Assembly: GCA_016193565.1 (NCBI GenBank)
Contig: JACPRY010000012.1
Coordinates: 1-32,656, forward strand
DNA: 32,656 nt
From: Armatimonadota bacterium
GTDB taxonomy: Bacteria > Sysuimicrobiota > Sysuimicrobiia > Sysuimicrobiales > Kaftiobacteriaceae
Reading direction: 5' to 3'
This document shows, in pieces, positions 1 through 9,049 of this stretch (position 1 is the first letter of the stretch; every line of letters begins with the position of its first letter). Position numbers and translations under genes: made by a program. The notes beneath the pieces are model-generated. The model had not been told where the DNA came from, made no database searches, and worked only from the letters and a program-made list of their open reading frames with translations.

Positions 1-1199
1 GGGCCGCGCGGGAGGACGACGATGCCCGAGGGGTCGACGTGGAAGCGGCGGCGGTCCTCGGCGGCGTCAAACCCGATGCGCGTCCCCTGGGGGATGACGT
101 TGTAGCGGTCGGCGATGACGCGGCGCAGATGGGCTTCGGATTCCACGATGGTGTGATCCATGACGAGCGAGTCTTCGATCACGGCGCCGGGCTGCACAGA
201 CACGCCGCGGCCGACGATCGAACGACGGATGGTCGCGCCTTCGATCCGGCTCCCTTCGCCGACTAACGCATCGGCGATCTCACCGTCTATGATGCGCCCT
301 GAAGGCCCGGGAAAGGGGGCAGTGAAGATCGGCCAGCGCGGGTTCGAGAGATCGAGCCGCGGGGTTCGACCCAGCAGGTCCATGTTGGCTTCCCAGTACG
401 CGCCGATCGTCCCAATGTCCCGCCAGTACGCGGCTTCTTCGGAGGGCTGCAGCCCGGGGATCGCATTCTCCACGAAGTTGTAGGCGTAGACGTTCGCGTG
501 CGGAACCAGTTCAGGGATGATTGTGCGGCCAAAGTCGTGATCAGTGCTACGCCGTGCGTCCTCGATCAGCGTCTCCACCAGGACGTCGTGATCGAACAGA
601 TAGTTCCCCATCGACGCCAGCGCGCGGACGGGGTCGGAAGCGATCGGCGTCGCGCGCGGCGGCTTCTCCTCAAAGCGCTCGATGCGCCCGTCCGCATTCG
701 CGGCGATGACGCCGAAACCGCCGGCCCGCTCGATCGACACCGGCAGCGCCGCGACCGTCACGTCCGAGCTGCGCGCCTGATGGAACTCCAACACCTGGCC
801 GAGGTCCATGCGGTAGACGTGGTCCGCGCCGAAGATCGCAACGATGTCCGGCCGGAAGTCCCGCATGAGGTTGAGGTTCTGATAGACCGCGTCGGCCGTG
901 CCCTGGTACCAGATCTCTCCCCGGCGCATCTGCGGGGGCACGACCATCACGAAGTGGTCCGGCGGGCCGCCGATCCGCCAGGCGTTGCGCAGATGCTCGA
1001 TGAGCGACTGGGCTTTGTACTGCACGAGGACGTAGATCGCATAGATGCCGGAGTTCATGAAGTTGCTGAGCACGAAGTCGACGATGCGGTACTTGCCGCC
1101 GAACGGTACGGCGGGCTTCCCGCGGTCGCGGGTGAGCGGCTCGAGGCGCTCCCCCCGGCCGCCGGCGAGGATGAAGGCGAGGACCCGCGGGCGCGGCAT
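1..1199 (-). CDS. glgC: glucose-1-phosphate adenylyltransferase (partial; C-terminal part runs off the left edge)
   Basis: Own translation of the minus strand from ATG at 1199: MPRPRVLAFILAGGRGERLEPLTRDRGKPAVPFGGKYRIVDFVLSNFMNSGI..., the typical GlgC N-terminus (GGxGxRL, PAVPFGG). Missing from the ORF track because there is no in-window stop. Start lies 5 nt after the upstream gene's stop, so operonic. Confidence 0.85.
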   Translation of the reverse strand, partial: MPRPRVLAFILAGGRGERLEPLTRDRGKPAVPFGGKYRIVDFVLSNFMNSGIYAIYVLVQYKAQSLIEHLRNAWRIGGPPDHFVMVVPPQMRRGEIWYQGTADAVYQNLNLMRDFRPDIVAIFGADHVYRMDLGQVLEFHQARSSDVTVAALPVSIERAGGFGVIAANADGRIERFEEKPPRATPIASDPVRALASMGNYLFDHDVLVETLIEDARRSTDHDFGRTIIPELVPHANVYAYNFVENAIPGLQPSEEAAYWRDIGTIGAYWEANMDLLGRTPRLDLSNPRWPIFTAPFPGPSGRIIDGEIADALVGEGSRIEGATIRRSIVGRGVSVQPGAVIEDSLVMDHTIVESEAHLRRVIADRYNVIPQGTRIGFDAAEDRRRFHVDPSGIVVLPRG

Positions 1200-1203
1200 C
1201 CGC

Positions 1204-2922
1204 TTAGGCCAGCGGCACGTCGCACGCCGCGTCGACGTGCGCGTCGGCATCTGGGAAGAGGAAGTTCTGGCGCTCTCGCGCGGTGAGAAACTCTTCGTCG
1301 CCCGGCGACAACTGCCCGCCATCCGCCAGAGCTCGCAGCAGCACCATTAGGCGGTTGACGTTGGCGAGGTGTTCGGTAAAGCGCGCCTCTGCATAGTTGC
1401 GCGCCGCCCACGTGGTAATGAGGAACTGCCAGTCAGAGGCCTGGAGCAGCAGCAGCTCGCGCGTGAGCTGCCCCCGGACCCGAGCCAGGAGCGGCTCGCG
1501 CCGCGCGCGCAGCTGCTTGGCCATCACCCAGAACTCTTCTTCGGCGCGGTAGACCATCTCCCAGGTCCATTCCACGTCCCGGTTCAGCCACACTCGGTGA
1601 TCTCCGCCCTCGCCCCAGGAGCCTTCCAGCAGCGCGAGCGCAGGCGCGGATCCAGTGCGGTCCAGGTAGCTGGCGCAGTCCACCGCGGCGACCTCGGAGC
1701 GCGCGAGCCGCCGGTAGACTTCCTGCACCCACCGCGGGCCTTCGAACCACCAGTGCCCGAACAGTTCAGTGTCGTAGGGACTGCACGAAATCCCGACCTG
1801 CCCTGATGACGCGCGGTACTCGGCAAGCGCGCGGTTCACGAGCGAGACGAAGTGGTCGGCATGCAGGACGGTGCGCTCGGCGGCCCGCTCGGGAGTGTAG
1901 GTCTGCTTGTCGGCCAGGTCGCTCTTCGGATGGGTGACGCGCCAGTACTGCAGCCCGCCGGGGAAGTGTTTCTTATGAAACTCGAGGTACCACTCGTCTC
2001 CCGGATAGCCGAGTTCTCGGCTCCAGACCTGCAGCGTGCTCTCCGGATCGCGCACGAACGCGAACGCCGAGCCGGATCCGCCGCGAGAGGCGGCGAGATA
2101 GGGATGATACGGCGTTCCCTCACGCTCGTGGGAGGGCCTGTCATGCGGGTTGAGCGCCCGCAGGGCGGGGAAGAAGTCGCGATACGCCGACAGCGCGCCC
2201 CCGCCCCTGACCAGGTGCAGATCGGTGAAGAAGAACTTCAGCCCGTGGTCGGCCAGGAATTCCTCGAGCCCGCGCCGGCGGAGACGCACGCGCCCGCGCT
2301 GGGAGCCGACCGGCGGCGTCCACTCATACCGCGGACGGTAGGCGCACTCCGGGAGCCAGATCCCTTCCGGTGCTCGGCCGAAGTGTCTCGTATGTGTCGC
2401 CACCGCCACGCGGATCTGCAGATCGACCGATTCGTCCCGGCTCAATAACGGCAAGTACCCATGGGTCGCGGCGCAGGTGATGAGGTGGATGTGACCGGCA
2501 TCGGCGAGGGCTCGAAATGCTTGGATGAGGTTGCCGTTCAGCCGTTCGAACTGGGCCAGGCGGTCGCGGTAGAAGCGCTCCCAGAACTGGGTCAGTCCAG
2601 CGCGGGGATCGCGGGCGTCGCGCGAGAACTCCTCGCGGTTCCCTCGGGCGGCCTGAAGACGCGTGCGGAGAAACTCCTCGACCTCCGCCGCAAAGGACGG
2701 CGCCGCCAGCTGTTCAGCCAGCACCGGTGAGATGTTGATAGTCACGTGCGGGCTGATCCCCTCGGCCGCAAGCGATGAGATGACGTCAAGCAGCGGGAGG
2801 TAGCAGGAGGTGGTCACTTCGCAAAGCCAGTCGCTCCCGTGCGGCCATCGCCCGTGCCCCAACACAAAGGGCAGATGCGAGTGCAGCACCAGGGCGAAAT
2901 ATCCAACGGGATCGTTGCCCAT
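1204..2922 (-). CDS. GH57-family 1,4-alpha-glucan branching enzyme
   Basis: Track ORF 1204..3408 trimmed to the internal ATG (MGNDPVGYFALVLHSHLPFV...). Has GH57 hallmarks (ALVLHSHLPF; WLPECAY nucleophile region). Codons upstream of 2922 look like non-coding read-through. Confidence 0.8.
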   Translation of the reverse strand: MGNDPVGYFALVLHSHLPFVLGHGRWPHGSDWLCEVTTSCYLPLLDVISSLAAEGISPHVTINISPVLAEQLAAPSFAAEVEEFLRTRLQAARGNREEFSRDARDPRAGLTQFWERFYRDRLAQFERLNGNLIQAFRALADAGHIHLITCAATHGYLPLLSRDESVDLQIRVAVATHTRHFGRAPEGIWLPECAYRPRYEWTPPVGSQRGRVRLRRRGLEEFLADHGLKFFFTDLHLVRGGGALSAYRDFFPALRALNPHDRPSHEREGTPYHPYLAASRGGSGSAFAFVRDPESTLQVWSRELGYPGDEWYLEFHKKHFPGGLQYWRVTHPKSDLADKQTYTPERAAERTVLHADHFVSLVNRALAEYRASSGQVGISCSPYDTELFGHWWFEGPRWVQEVYRRLARSEVAAVDCASYLDRTGSAPALALLEGSWGEGGDHRVWLNRDVEWTWEMVYRAEEEFWVMAKQLRARREPLLARVRGQLTRELLLLQASDWQFLITTWAARNYAEARFTEHLANVNRLMVLLRALADGGQLSPGDEEFLTARERQNFLFPDADAHVDAACDVPLA

Positions 2923-2969
2923 GCCTCGATCCGAACGGCCAGATTCAAGCCGGGAATGAAAATAGCATA

Positions 2970-3887
2970 TCAGGTCTCGCGCGTCCGGAACCACTCGACC
3001 GTCCGAGCCAATCCCTGGGCGAGGGGGATCGTGGCAGTCCAGCCCAGCCATTCCTTCGCGCGCGAGGCGCTGAGGGCGATGCGATAGACGTCGCCCGGCC
3101 GCGGGGGCGCGTAGGTGGCCGTCCCCCGGAATCCACAGAGATCCGCAAGCTGCCCGAAGAGATCGTTCACCGTCGTCTCGACGCCCGTCGCGATATTTGC
3201 GATGCGTCCCGAAGGCGCGCCCAGCGCACGAACGTTGGCCGAGGCGACATCTCCCACGTAGACGAAATCCCGCGTCTGCTTCCCGTCTCCGAAGATGGTC
3301 GGCGTGCGCCCGCTGAGCATCGTCTGGGTGAAGATGGCGACGACACCGGCCTCGCCATGCGGATCCTGACGCGGCCCGTAGACATTCGCATAGCGCAGCA
3401 CCGCCCACTCGAGACCGCGCCCGAAGTATCTGAGGTAGATCTCACCCGCGAGCTTGCTGATCCCATAGGGGGAGATGGGACGCTCGGGGTGACTCTCGCC
3501 GACGGGAAGACGCTCGGGTTCTCCGTAGATGGCGCCGCCCGTCGAGGCGAAGATCAGCCGCGTCGCGCCAAACTCGACGCACAGCGCCAGCAGGTTGAGC
3601 GTGCCGAGGACGTTGACCTCAGCATCGAGGCGCGGGTGACTGACTGAGACGGAGACGGACGTCTGGGCGGCCTGGTGGTTGACCACATCGGGGCGTTCCC
3701 GCTCGAACACGGACCGAAGGTCGGAAGCGCGGATGTCCTCCTGATAGAACCTGGCCTTGGGGTGGACGAACTCGCGGCGGCCGCTGCTGAGGTTGTCGAC
3801 GACGATGACCTCGTGTCCCGCCGCGAGATAGGCGTCGACGACGTGAGAGCCGATGAATCCGGCGCCGCCGGTGACCAGAATCTTCAT
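2970..3887 (-). CDS. NAD-dependent epimerase/dehydratase (UDP-glucose 4-epimerase-like)
   Basis: MKILVTGGAGFIGSH Rossmann motif, YxxxK (PYGISKLAGE). Start taken at the internal ATG of track ORF 2970..3932. Confidence 0.8.
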   Translation of the reverse strand: MKILVTGGAGFIGSHVVDAYLAAGHEVIVVDNLSSGRREFVHPKARFYQEDIRASDLRSVFERERPDVVNHQAAQTSVSVSVSHPRLDAEVNVLGTLNLLALCVEFGATRLIFASTGGAIYGEPERLPVGESHPERPISPYGISKLAGEIYLRYFGRGLEWAVLRYANVYGPRQDPHGEAGVVAIFTQTMLSGRTPTIFGDGKQTRDFVYVGDVASANVRALGAPSGRIANIATGVETTVNDLFGQLADLCGFRGTATYAPPRPGDVYRIALSASRAKEWLGWTATIPLAQGLARTVEWFRTRET

Positions 3888-4035
3888 CGAATGGTTCGAC
3901 AGAGATACACCGGCCTCACCGCCTGCCCACAAGAAACATCCGTTTGTGCCTCGACCGGCAGATCTTCTGCGGTTCGGCCTCGTTGCGCCGCCGGCCCGCT
4001 ACGCGGGCAACTCTGGTGAGTCGCCACCTGCATCT

Positions 4036-4347
4036 TCATCGTGCCGAGGATGGTGGGCGCCGCCGGATGCGGTGGCGCGCAATGAACTCGGCTGCGGCTT
4101 GAGCGCCGGCCAGCGGGATCGTGCCCAGCCGCCACCGGATCGCCCGGATCAGCTCTCCCCGCGACATCTCGGGCAGGGGCTGCGGGGGGATCTGCCAGGG
4201 GCGCGCGGTCTCGAGGATCTCCAGCAGCCGGTGCTGGAGTGGCCGCGGCAGCTGAAGCGACTCGACCTTGATCATCTCCCGGAGTTCCAGCAGCCGCCGC
4301 ATCTCGGCACCGCTAAGCCGCTTCCCCGACGCGTGAGGATTTCCCAT
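4036..4347 (-). CDS. hypothetical small protein (about 103 aa), Arg/Leu-rich
   Basis: Open frame with host-like high GC3 from about MGNPHASGKRLSGAEMRRLLELREM... The first 32 codons of track ORF 4036..4443 have AT-ending codons and are probably non-coding. No recognisable domain. An ATG start at 4302 is also possible. Confidence 0.3.
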   Translation of the reverse strand: MGNPHASGKRLSGAEMRRLLELREMIKVESLQLPRPLQHRLLEILETARPWQIPPQPLPEMSRGELIRAIRWRLGTIPLAGAQAAAEFIARHRIRRRPPSSAR

Positions 4348-4448
4348 ACCGAATATCACTTCGCGCCGGGGGCTAGTAGACCTAGAAGACTGTTGGGCGG
4401 AGGGGTTGTTTTCGTCGCGAGGTCCGTCGCGAGCACGATCCATCAGGC

Positions 4449-5477
4449 ATGCTCGATCTGATTGCCCGATTCCCGCAAATGTGCGTGGAGGCGTGGGACC
4501 TGGGCTGGGCCACCCGGGTGCCTACCACGCGGCCGAACGCCATCGTTGCGATGGGGATGGGGGGTTCGGGGATCGGCGGCGACCTGCTGAAATCCGTGCT
4601 GTTCGACGACGACGCGCCACCGGTGGCGTCGGTCAAAGAATACCGGGCGCCGTCGTTTGCGGGTCGCGGCGCGCTCGCCTTCGCCTGCAGCTATTCCGGC
4701 AACACCGAGGAAACGCTGGCCGCGTACCAGGAGGCCCGCCGCAGGGGTGCGGCCTGTGTCGCGGTCACGTCGGGCGGGGAGTTGCTCCGTCTGGCGAACG
4801 ACCGCGGGGACCCGGCCGTGGTCGTGCCGTCCGGCCTGCCGCCGCGCGCGGCGCTCCCGTACCTGTTCATCCCAATGCTGGCCGTGCTCGGACGCGCCGG
4901 TATTATCGGATCGTACGCGGAAGGGTTGCGTGAAGCGGTCCAGGTGCTGGGCGACATCGTTGCGTCCGAATCCCCCGACCGGACGCCGGGAACCACCCGC
5001 GCCGTCGCGGCGCGCCTAGTGGGCCGCATCCCCGTGATCTACAGCGCGGCGCCGTTCCTGGAGCCGGCGGCGGAGCGCTGGAAGGATCAGTTCAACGAGA
5101 ACAGCAAAACGTTTGCGGTGTGGAACACCTTTCCCGAATTGAACCATAACGAGACGGTGGGGTGGGGACTGGACGACGCCCTCGCCCGCATCATTCACGT
5201 CATCATCCTGCGTGATGCCGCCGAGGACGCGCGACTGAGCGCGCGCGTGACCATCACGAAGGACCTGGCATTCCGTCGCGCAGGCGGCCTGGACGAGGTG
5301 CGCGCGCAGGGACGGGGGAAACTGGCCAGGCTGCTGTCCACGGTCCTCATCGGGGATTTTGTGAGCTGGTACCTCGCGACGCTGCGCGGAGTGGATCCAA
5401 CGCCTGTGGAGGTCATCGAGGAACTAAAGAGAAGACTGGCCGGGAGCGCGGGAGCGCGGAAGCCCGGGAGCGCGTAG
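4449..5477 (+). CDS. bifunctional phosphoglucose/phosphomannose isomerase (SIS domain, archaeal-type PGI/PMI)
   Basis: MLDLIARFPQMCVEAWDLGW... matches the PGI/PMI family N-terminal region, with two SIS-like halves. The in-frame upstream sequence encodes ...EHDPSG directly before the ATG after a TAG at 4383 (see findings). Confidence 0.8.
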   Translation: MLDLIARFPQMCVEAWDLGWATRVPTTRPNAIVAMGMGGSGIGGDLLKSVLFDDDAPPVASVKEYRAPSFAGRGALAFACSYSGNTEETLAAYQEARRRGAACVAVTSGGELLRLANDRGDPAVVVPSGLPPRAALPYLFIPMLAVLGRAGIIGSYAEGLREAVQVLGDIVASESPDRTPGTTRAVAARLVGRIPVIYSAAPFLEPAAERWKDQFNENSKTFAVWNTFPELNHNETVGWGLDDALARIIHVIILRDAAEDARLSARVTITKDLAFRRAGGLDEVRAQGRGKLARLLSTVLIGDFVSWYLATLRGVDPTPVEVIEELKRRLAGSAGARKPGSA

Positions 5478-5490
5478 GGAGGCAGACGTC

Positions 5491-6591
5491 GTGGCGAAAG
5501 TGCAGCTCGAAGGGGTCAGCAAGAAGTTCGGCAATGTGACGGCGGTCAACAATGTCAGCCTGGAGATTCCCGACAAGCAGTTCACGGTCCTGGTCGGCCC
5601 CTCGGGATGCGGGAAGACGACCTGCCTCCGCCTGATCGCGGGGCTGGAAGAGACCAGCGCAGGCGACATCTTCATCGGCGAGCGCCGGGTCAATGATGTC
5701 CCGCCAAAAGATCGGGACATCGCCATGGTGTTCCAGAACTACGCGCTGTACCCCCACATGTCCGTGTATGACAACATGGCGTTCGGTCTGCGCCTGCGCA
5801 AGTATCCGAAGTCGGAGATCGACCGCCGTGTGAAAGAGGCGGCCTCGATGCTCGGGATCGAGATGCTGCTCGAGCGCAAGCCCAAACAGCTGTCGGGCGG
5901 TCAACGCCAGCGCGTGGCGCTCGGCCGCGCGATTGTGCGGGATCCGCAGGTCTTCCTGATGGACGAGCCGCTCTCGAACCTGGACGCGAAGCTTCGCGTG
6001 CAGACCCGCGCAGAGATCAAGAAACTCCACGCCCGGCTGCAGACCACGACGATCTACGTGACGCACGATCAGGTCGAAGCGATGACGATGGGCGACCGGA
6101 TTGTGGTGATGAAAGACGGCCTCGTGCAGCAGGTGGACTCGCCGATGGCGCTGTACGAGAAGCCGGCCAACCAGTTTGTCGCGGGCTTCATCGGCAGCCC
6201 GGCGATGAACTTCATCTCCGCCACGCTGCGCGAAAGCGCCGGGAGGGTGCAGGTCGAGGCCGACGGGTTCAGGATGGAGGTGCCGCAGGATCTGACGTCA
6301 TTCGCCCGCGGCTGGGTCGGGCGGGAGGTGGTGTTCGGCATCCGGCCGGAGGATATTCAGGATCGCGCGCTGGTGGGTGACGCGAATCCGGCCTGGACGC
6401 TGCGCGCGCTGGTGGACGTGCACGAGCCGCTTGGCTCAGACGTGATCCTCTACCTCACCGCCGGCACGCAATCGATCGTGGCGCGCGTCGACGCCCACTC
6501 ACAGGCGAAGATGGGGCACACGATCGACGTGGTCCTCAATATGCGGAAGATGCACCTCTTCAACCCTACGACCCAAGAAGCGATCATCTAA
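5491..6591 (+). CDS. sugar ABC transporter ATP-binding protein (MalK/MsmK/UgpC type)
   Basis: Walker A GPSGCGKTT, signature LSGGQRQR, Walker B FLMDEPLSNLD, C-terminal MalK-like regulatory/TOBE domain. GTG start with GGGAGG 8 nt upstream. Confidence 0.9.
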   Translation: MAKVQLEGVSKKFGNVTAVNNVSLEIPDKQFTVLVGPSGCGKTTCLRLIAGLEETSAGDIFIGERRVNDVPPKDRDIAMVFQNYALYPHMSVYDNMAFGLRLRKYPKSEIDRRVKEAASMLGIEMLLERKPKQLSGGQRQRVALGRAIVRDPQVFLMDEPLSNLDAKLRVQTRAEIKKLHARLQTTTIYVTHDQVEAMTMGDRIVVMKDGLVQQVDSPMALYEKPANQFVAGFIGSPAMNFISATLRESAGRVQVEADGFRMEVPQDLTSFARGWVGREVVFGIRPEDIQDRALVGDANPAWTLRALVDVHEPLGSDVILYLTAGTQSIVARVDAHSQAKMGHTIDVVLNMRKMHLFNPTTQEAII

Positions 6592-6596
6592 CTAAC

Positions 6597-6668
6597 GACA
6601 ACGCGAAGACGCGACAACGCGACAACGCGAACCGAGTTGTCCGGTTGTCCCGTTGTCGCGTTGTCCAG
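6597..6668. repeat. palindromic tandem-octamer element: (GACAACGC)x4-5 followed by its inverse (GTTGTCNC)x4
   Basis: Read directly in the sequence. It fills the entire gap between the convergent stop codons at 6589-6591 and 6669-6671. Could fold into a roughly 30-bp imperfect hairpin and act as a bidirectional terminator. Confidence 0.7.
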
Positions 6669-7538
6669 TTACCGTGTTTCTTTCGTCAGGTCGGCCAGGG
6701 GTTGTAGCAGCTTCGTAAATTCCAGCGGGAAGATAAACTTCGTGCTGGCGCCCGCGCCCAGGACTTTGAGCGCCTCGAGGTACTGCAGCGTGAGCGTTTT
6801 GCCGTCGATGTTCTTGGCGACCGCGAAGATCTTGTCGAGGGCGAGCGAGAAGCCCTCGGCGCGCAAGATCGCGGCCTGACGGGCGCCCTCAGCCTCCAGG
6901 ATCGCGGCCTGCTTCGCGCCTTCCGCCACGGTCACCGCCGCCTCGCGCTTTCCGAGCGCCTCTGTCACGACGGCGCGCCGGCTGCGCTCGGCGGACATCT
7001 GCCGGGTCATCGCTTCCTGCACCTCGCGCGGGGGCAGGATCTCGCGGATCTCGACGGTGGTGACCTTGACGCCCCACCGTTCGGTGACCTCGTCCATTTT
7101 CGCCCGCAGGACCTGGTTGATCTGCTCTCGCTTGGCCAGCACGTCGTCCAGGCTAATATCGCCGACCACCGCGCGCAGCGTCGTCGTGGCAATCCCTCTT
7201 GCGGAGCCCGCAAAATCCACCACCTGGATGACAGAAAACTCGGGATTGAAGACTTTGAAATAGATCAGGAAATCGATATTGATCGGCGCATTGTCCTTCG
7301 TGATGCACGTTTGGGAAGGGATCTCCAGGAAGAACTCACGCAGGTCCACCCAGACCGCTTTGTCGATGACCGGCCACAGGAACACGAGTCCGGGCCCCTT
7401 CTTGCCGATCGACTTCCCCAAACGGAACACGACGAGTCGCTGATACTCGCGCACGATCTTGACCGCCGACGAGAGGATGAAGATGCCGACGATGACGGCG
7501 GCGATGAGAAAGGTCAGCTGGGTCAGAAACGAAGGCAT
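6669..7538 (-). CDS. SPFH/band-7 (stomatin/prohibitin-like) membrane protein
   Basis: N-terminal TM helix followed by an SPFH core (KIVREYQRLVVFRLGK..., ...VEIREILPP...), then an Ala/Glu-rich coiled-coil tail. SD GGAGGTG upstream. Confidence 0.85.
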   Translation of the reverse strand: MPSFLTQLTFLIAAVIVGIFILSSAVKIVREYQRLVVFRLGKSIGKKGPGLVFLWPVIDKAVWVDLREFFLEIPSQTCITKDNAPINIDFLIYFKVFNPEFSVIQVVDFAGSARGIATTTLRAVVGDISLDDVLAKREQINQVLRAKMDEVTERWGVKVTTVEIREILPPREVQEAMTRQMSAERSRRAVVTEALGKREAAVTVAEGAKQAAILEAEGARQAAILRAEGFSLALDKIFAVAKNIDGKTLTLQYLEALKVLGAGASTKFIFPLEFTKLLQPLADLTKETR

Positions 7539-7557
7539 ACGAGCACCTCCAGATATA

Positions 7558-7608
7558 CCTTTGGCCCGATACTGATTCGGGTCTGTTTCAGAGAATCCTT
7601 GCCAAAGG
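7558..7608 (-). terminator. nested inverted repeat (CCTTTGGC...GCCAAAGG with inner CCCGA..TCGGG hairpin) between the accC stop and the SPFH gene start
   Basis: Seen in the sequence. Candidate acc-operon terminator or SPFH promoter region. No U-tract. Confidence 0.3.
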
Positions 7609-7619
7609 GCGGGAGAGGG

Positions 7620-8987
7620 TCACCCGGAGGCCTGCTGCAAGGCAGCGAGGTCGATGCGGCGCTGGACGAAGTTCGTGTAGACTTCACCCCGGCGGAAGAA
7701 GGCGTTGTCAAGCACCATCAGATGGAAGGAGATGGTCGTCGGCACGCCGGCGATCTCGAACTCCTGGAGCGCGCGGCGCATCCGCGCGATCGCTTCCGTC
7801 CGCGTCGTTCCCCACGCGATGAGTTTCGCCAGCAGTGAGTCGTAGTGGGGCGGGATCGCGTACCCCGCATACGCATGGGTGTCGACACGGATGCCCGGAC
7901 CGCCCGGCGGGATGAACTGCGTGAGCCGGCCGGGCCCCGGCCGGAAGTCGTGCCGCGGATCTTCGGCGTTGATGCGGCACTCGATCGCATGCCCGCGGAA
8001 CTCGACCTCGCCCTGGTTGACCCTGAGCCGCTCGCCCGCCGCGGTCTCAATCTGCGCCTTCACGATGTCGAGCCCCGTGGTCATCTCCGTGATCGGGTGC
8101 TCGACCTGGATCCGCGTGTTCATCTCCATGAAGTAGAAGTGGCCGTCGCGGTCCACGAGGAACTCCACCGTGCCCGCGCCGGTGTAGTTGATGGAGTGGG
8201 CGGCCTTGACTGCTGCTTTCCCGAGCGCCCCGATGAACCGGTCGCGTACCCCCGGCGGCGGGGCTTCTTCCAGCAGTTTCTGATGGCGGCGCTGGATGGA
8301 GCAATCCCGCGCGCCGAGGTGAATGGTGTTGCCGTGCTTGTCGGCGAGGATCTGGACCTCGATGTGGCGCGGTTCCTCGACGTACTTCTCGATGTAGATC
8401 TCGTTGTTCCCGAACGCGGCCTCCGCCTCCGCCTGCGCGGTCTGGATGGCGCGGCGCAGATCCTCCCGCGTGTGGACGAGCCGCATCCCTCTCCCGCCGC
8501 CCCCTGCCGACGCCTTGACGATGAGCGGGAAGCCGATGTGGCGGGAGATCTCGAGCGCCTCGTTCTCCCCGCGCACCGGGCCTTCGCTGCCCGGAATGAC
8601 CGGCACGCCGGCCTCGCGCATCTGCTCGCGCGCCTGCGATTTGTTGCCCATCGCCGCGATCGCCTGCGGCGAGGGACCGACGAACGTAATCTTCACGTCC
8701 TGGCAAATCTCGGAGAAGTGCGGGTTCTCGGACAGGAACCCGTAGCCGGGATGGATCGCGTCGACGCCAAGCAGCTCGGCCGTGCTCATGATGTTGGGGA
8801 TGTTGAGGTAGGAGTCGGCCGGCGGGGGCGGGCCGATGCAGAACGCTTCATCGGCCATCCGCACATGGAGCGACTGGCGGTCGGCCTCCGAGTAGACGGC
8901 CACGGTGCGAATGCCGAGCTCGCGGCATGCGCGGATCACACGAACCGCGATTTCGCCCCGATTCGCGATCAACAGTTTTCTAAACAT
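7620..8987 (-). CDS. accC: acetyl-CoA carboxylase biotin carboxylase subunit
   Basis: [26 protein letters not shown]..., ATP-grasp domain, 455 aa, strongly conserved. No SD before the ATG. Confidence 0.95.
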   Translation of the reverse strand: MFRKLLIANRGEIAVRVIRACRELGIRTVAVYSEADRQSLHVRMADEAFCIGPPPPADSYLNIPNIMSTAELLGVDAIHPGYGFLSENPHFSEICQDVKITFVGPSPQAIAAMGNKSQAREQMREAGVPVIPGSEGPVRGENEALEISRHIGFPLIVKASAGGGGRGMRLVHTREDLRRAIQTAQAEAEAAFGNNEIYIEKYVEEPRHIEVQILADKHGNTIHLGARDCSIQRRHQKLLEEAPPPGVRDRFIGALGKAAVKAAHSINYTGAGTVEFLVDRDGHFYFMEMNTRIQVEHPITEMTTGLDIVKAQIETAAGERLRVNQGEVEFRGHAIECRINAEDPRHDFRPGPGRLTQFIPPGGPGIRVDTHAYAGYAIPPHYDSLLAKLIAWGTTRTEAIARMRRALQEFEIAGVPTTISFHLMVLDNAFFRRGEVYTNFVQRRIDLAALQQASG

Positions 8988-8995
8988 GGGACGGA

Positions 8996-9049
8996 TCTAT
9001 TGAATCTGTTGAATCTATTGAATCAACGGGTCCAATAGATTCAACAGAT
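8996..9049. repeat. AT-rich palindrome of 9-mer repeats: (TCTNTTGAA)x3 + inverted (TCAAYAGAT)x2
   Basis: Occupies the accB-accC intergenic gap, directly abutting the accC start codon. Much lower GC than the surroundings. Confidence 0.7.

Noticed and set aside
39-1286. Plus-strand track ORFs (39..266, 160..483, 498..1286, 521..709, 1045..1350)
   Set aside because: Antisense to the clear glgC reading frame. Arg/Pro/Ala-rich translations typical of GC-rich antisense frames.
2923-3408. N-terminal 162 codons of track ORF 1204..3408
   Set aside because: Upstream of the conserved GH57 start and overlapping the epimerase gene on the same strand. It is read-through, not coding.
3853-4461. 202-aa Pro-rich plus-strand ORF
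   Set aside because: Spans a divergent promoter region antisense to the small minus ORF. Low-complexity, no domain.
7845-9038. 397-aa plus-strand ORF and other long frames antisense to accC/accA/accD (9822..10739, 10583..11521)
   Set aside because: Opposite strand of strongly conserved acc genes. Low-complexity R/D/P-rich products.
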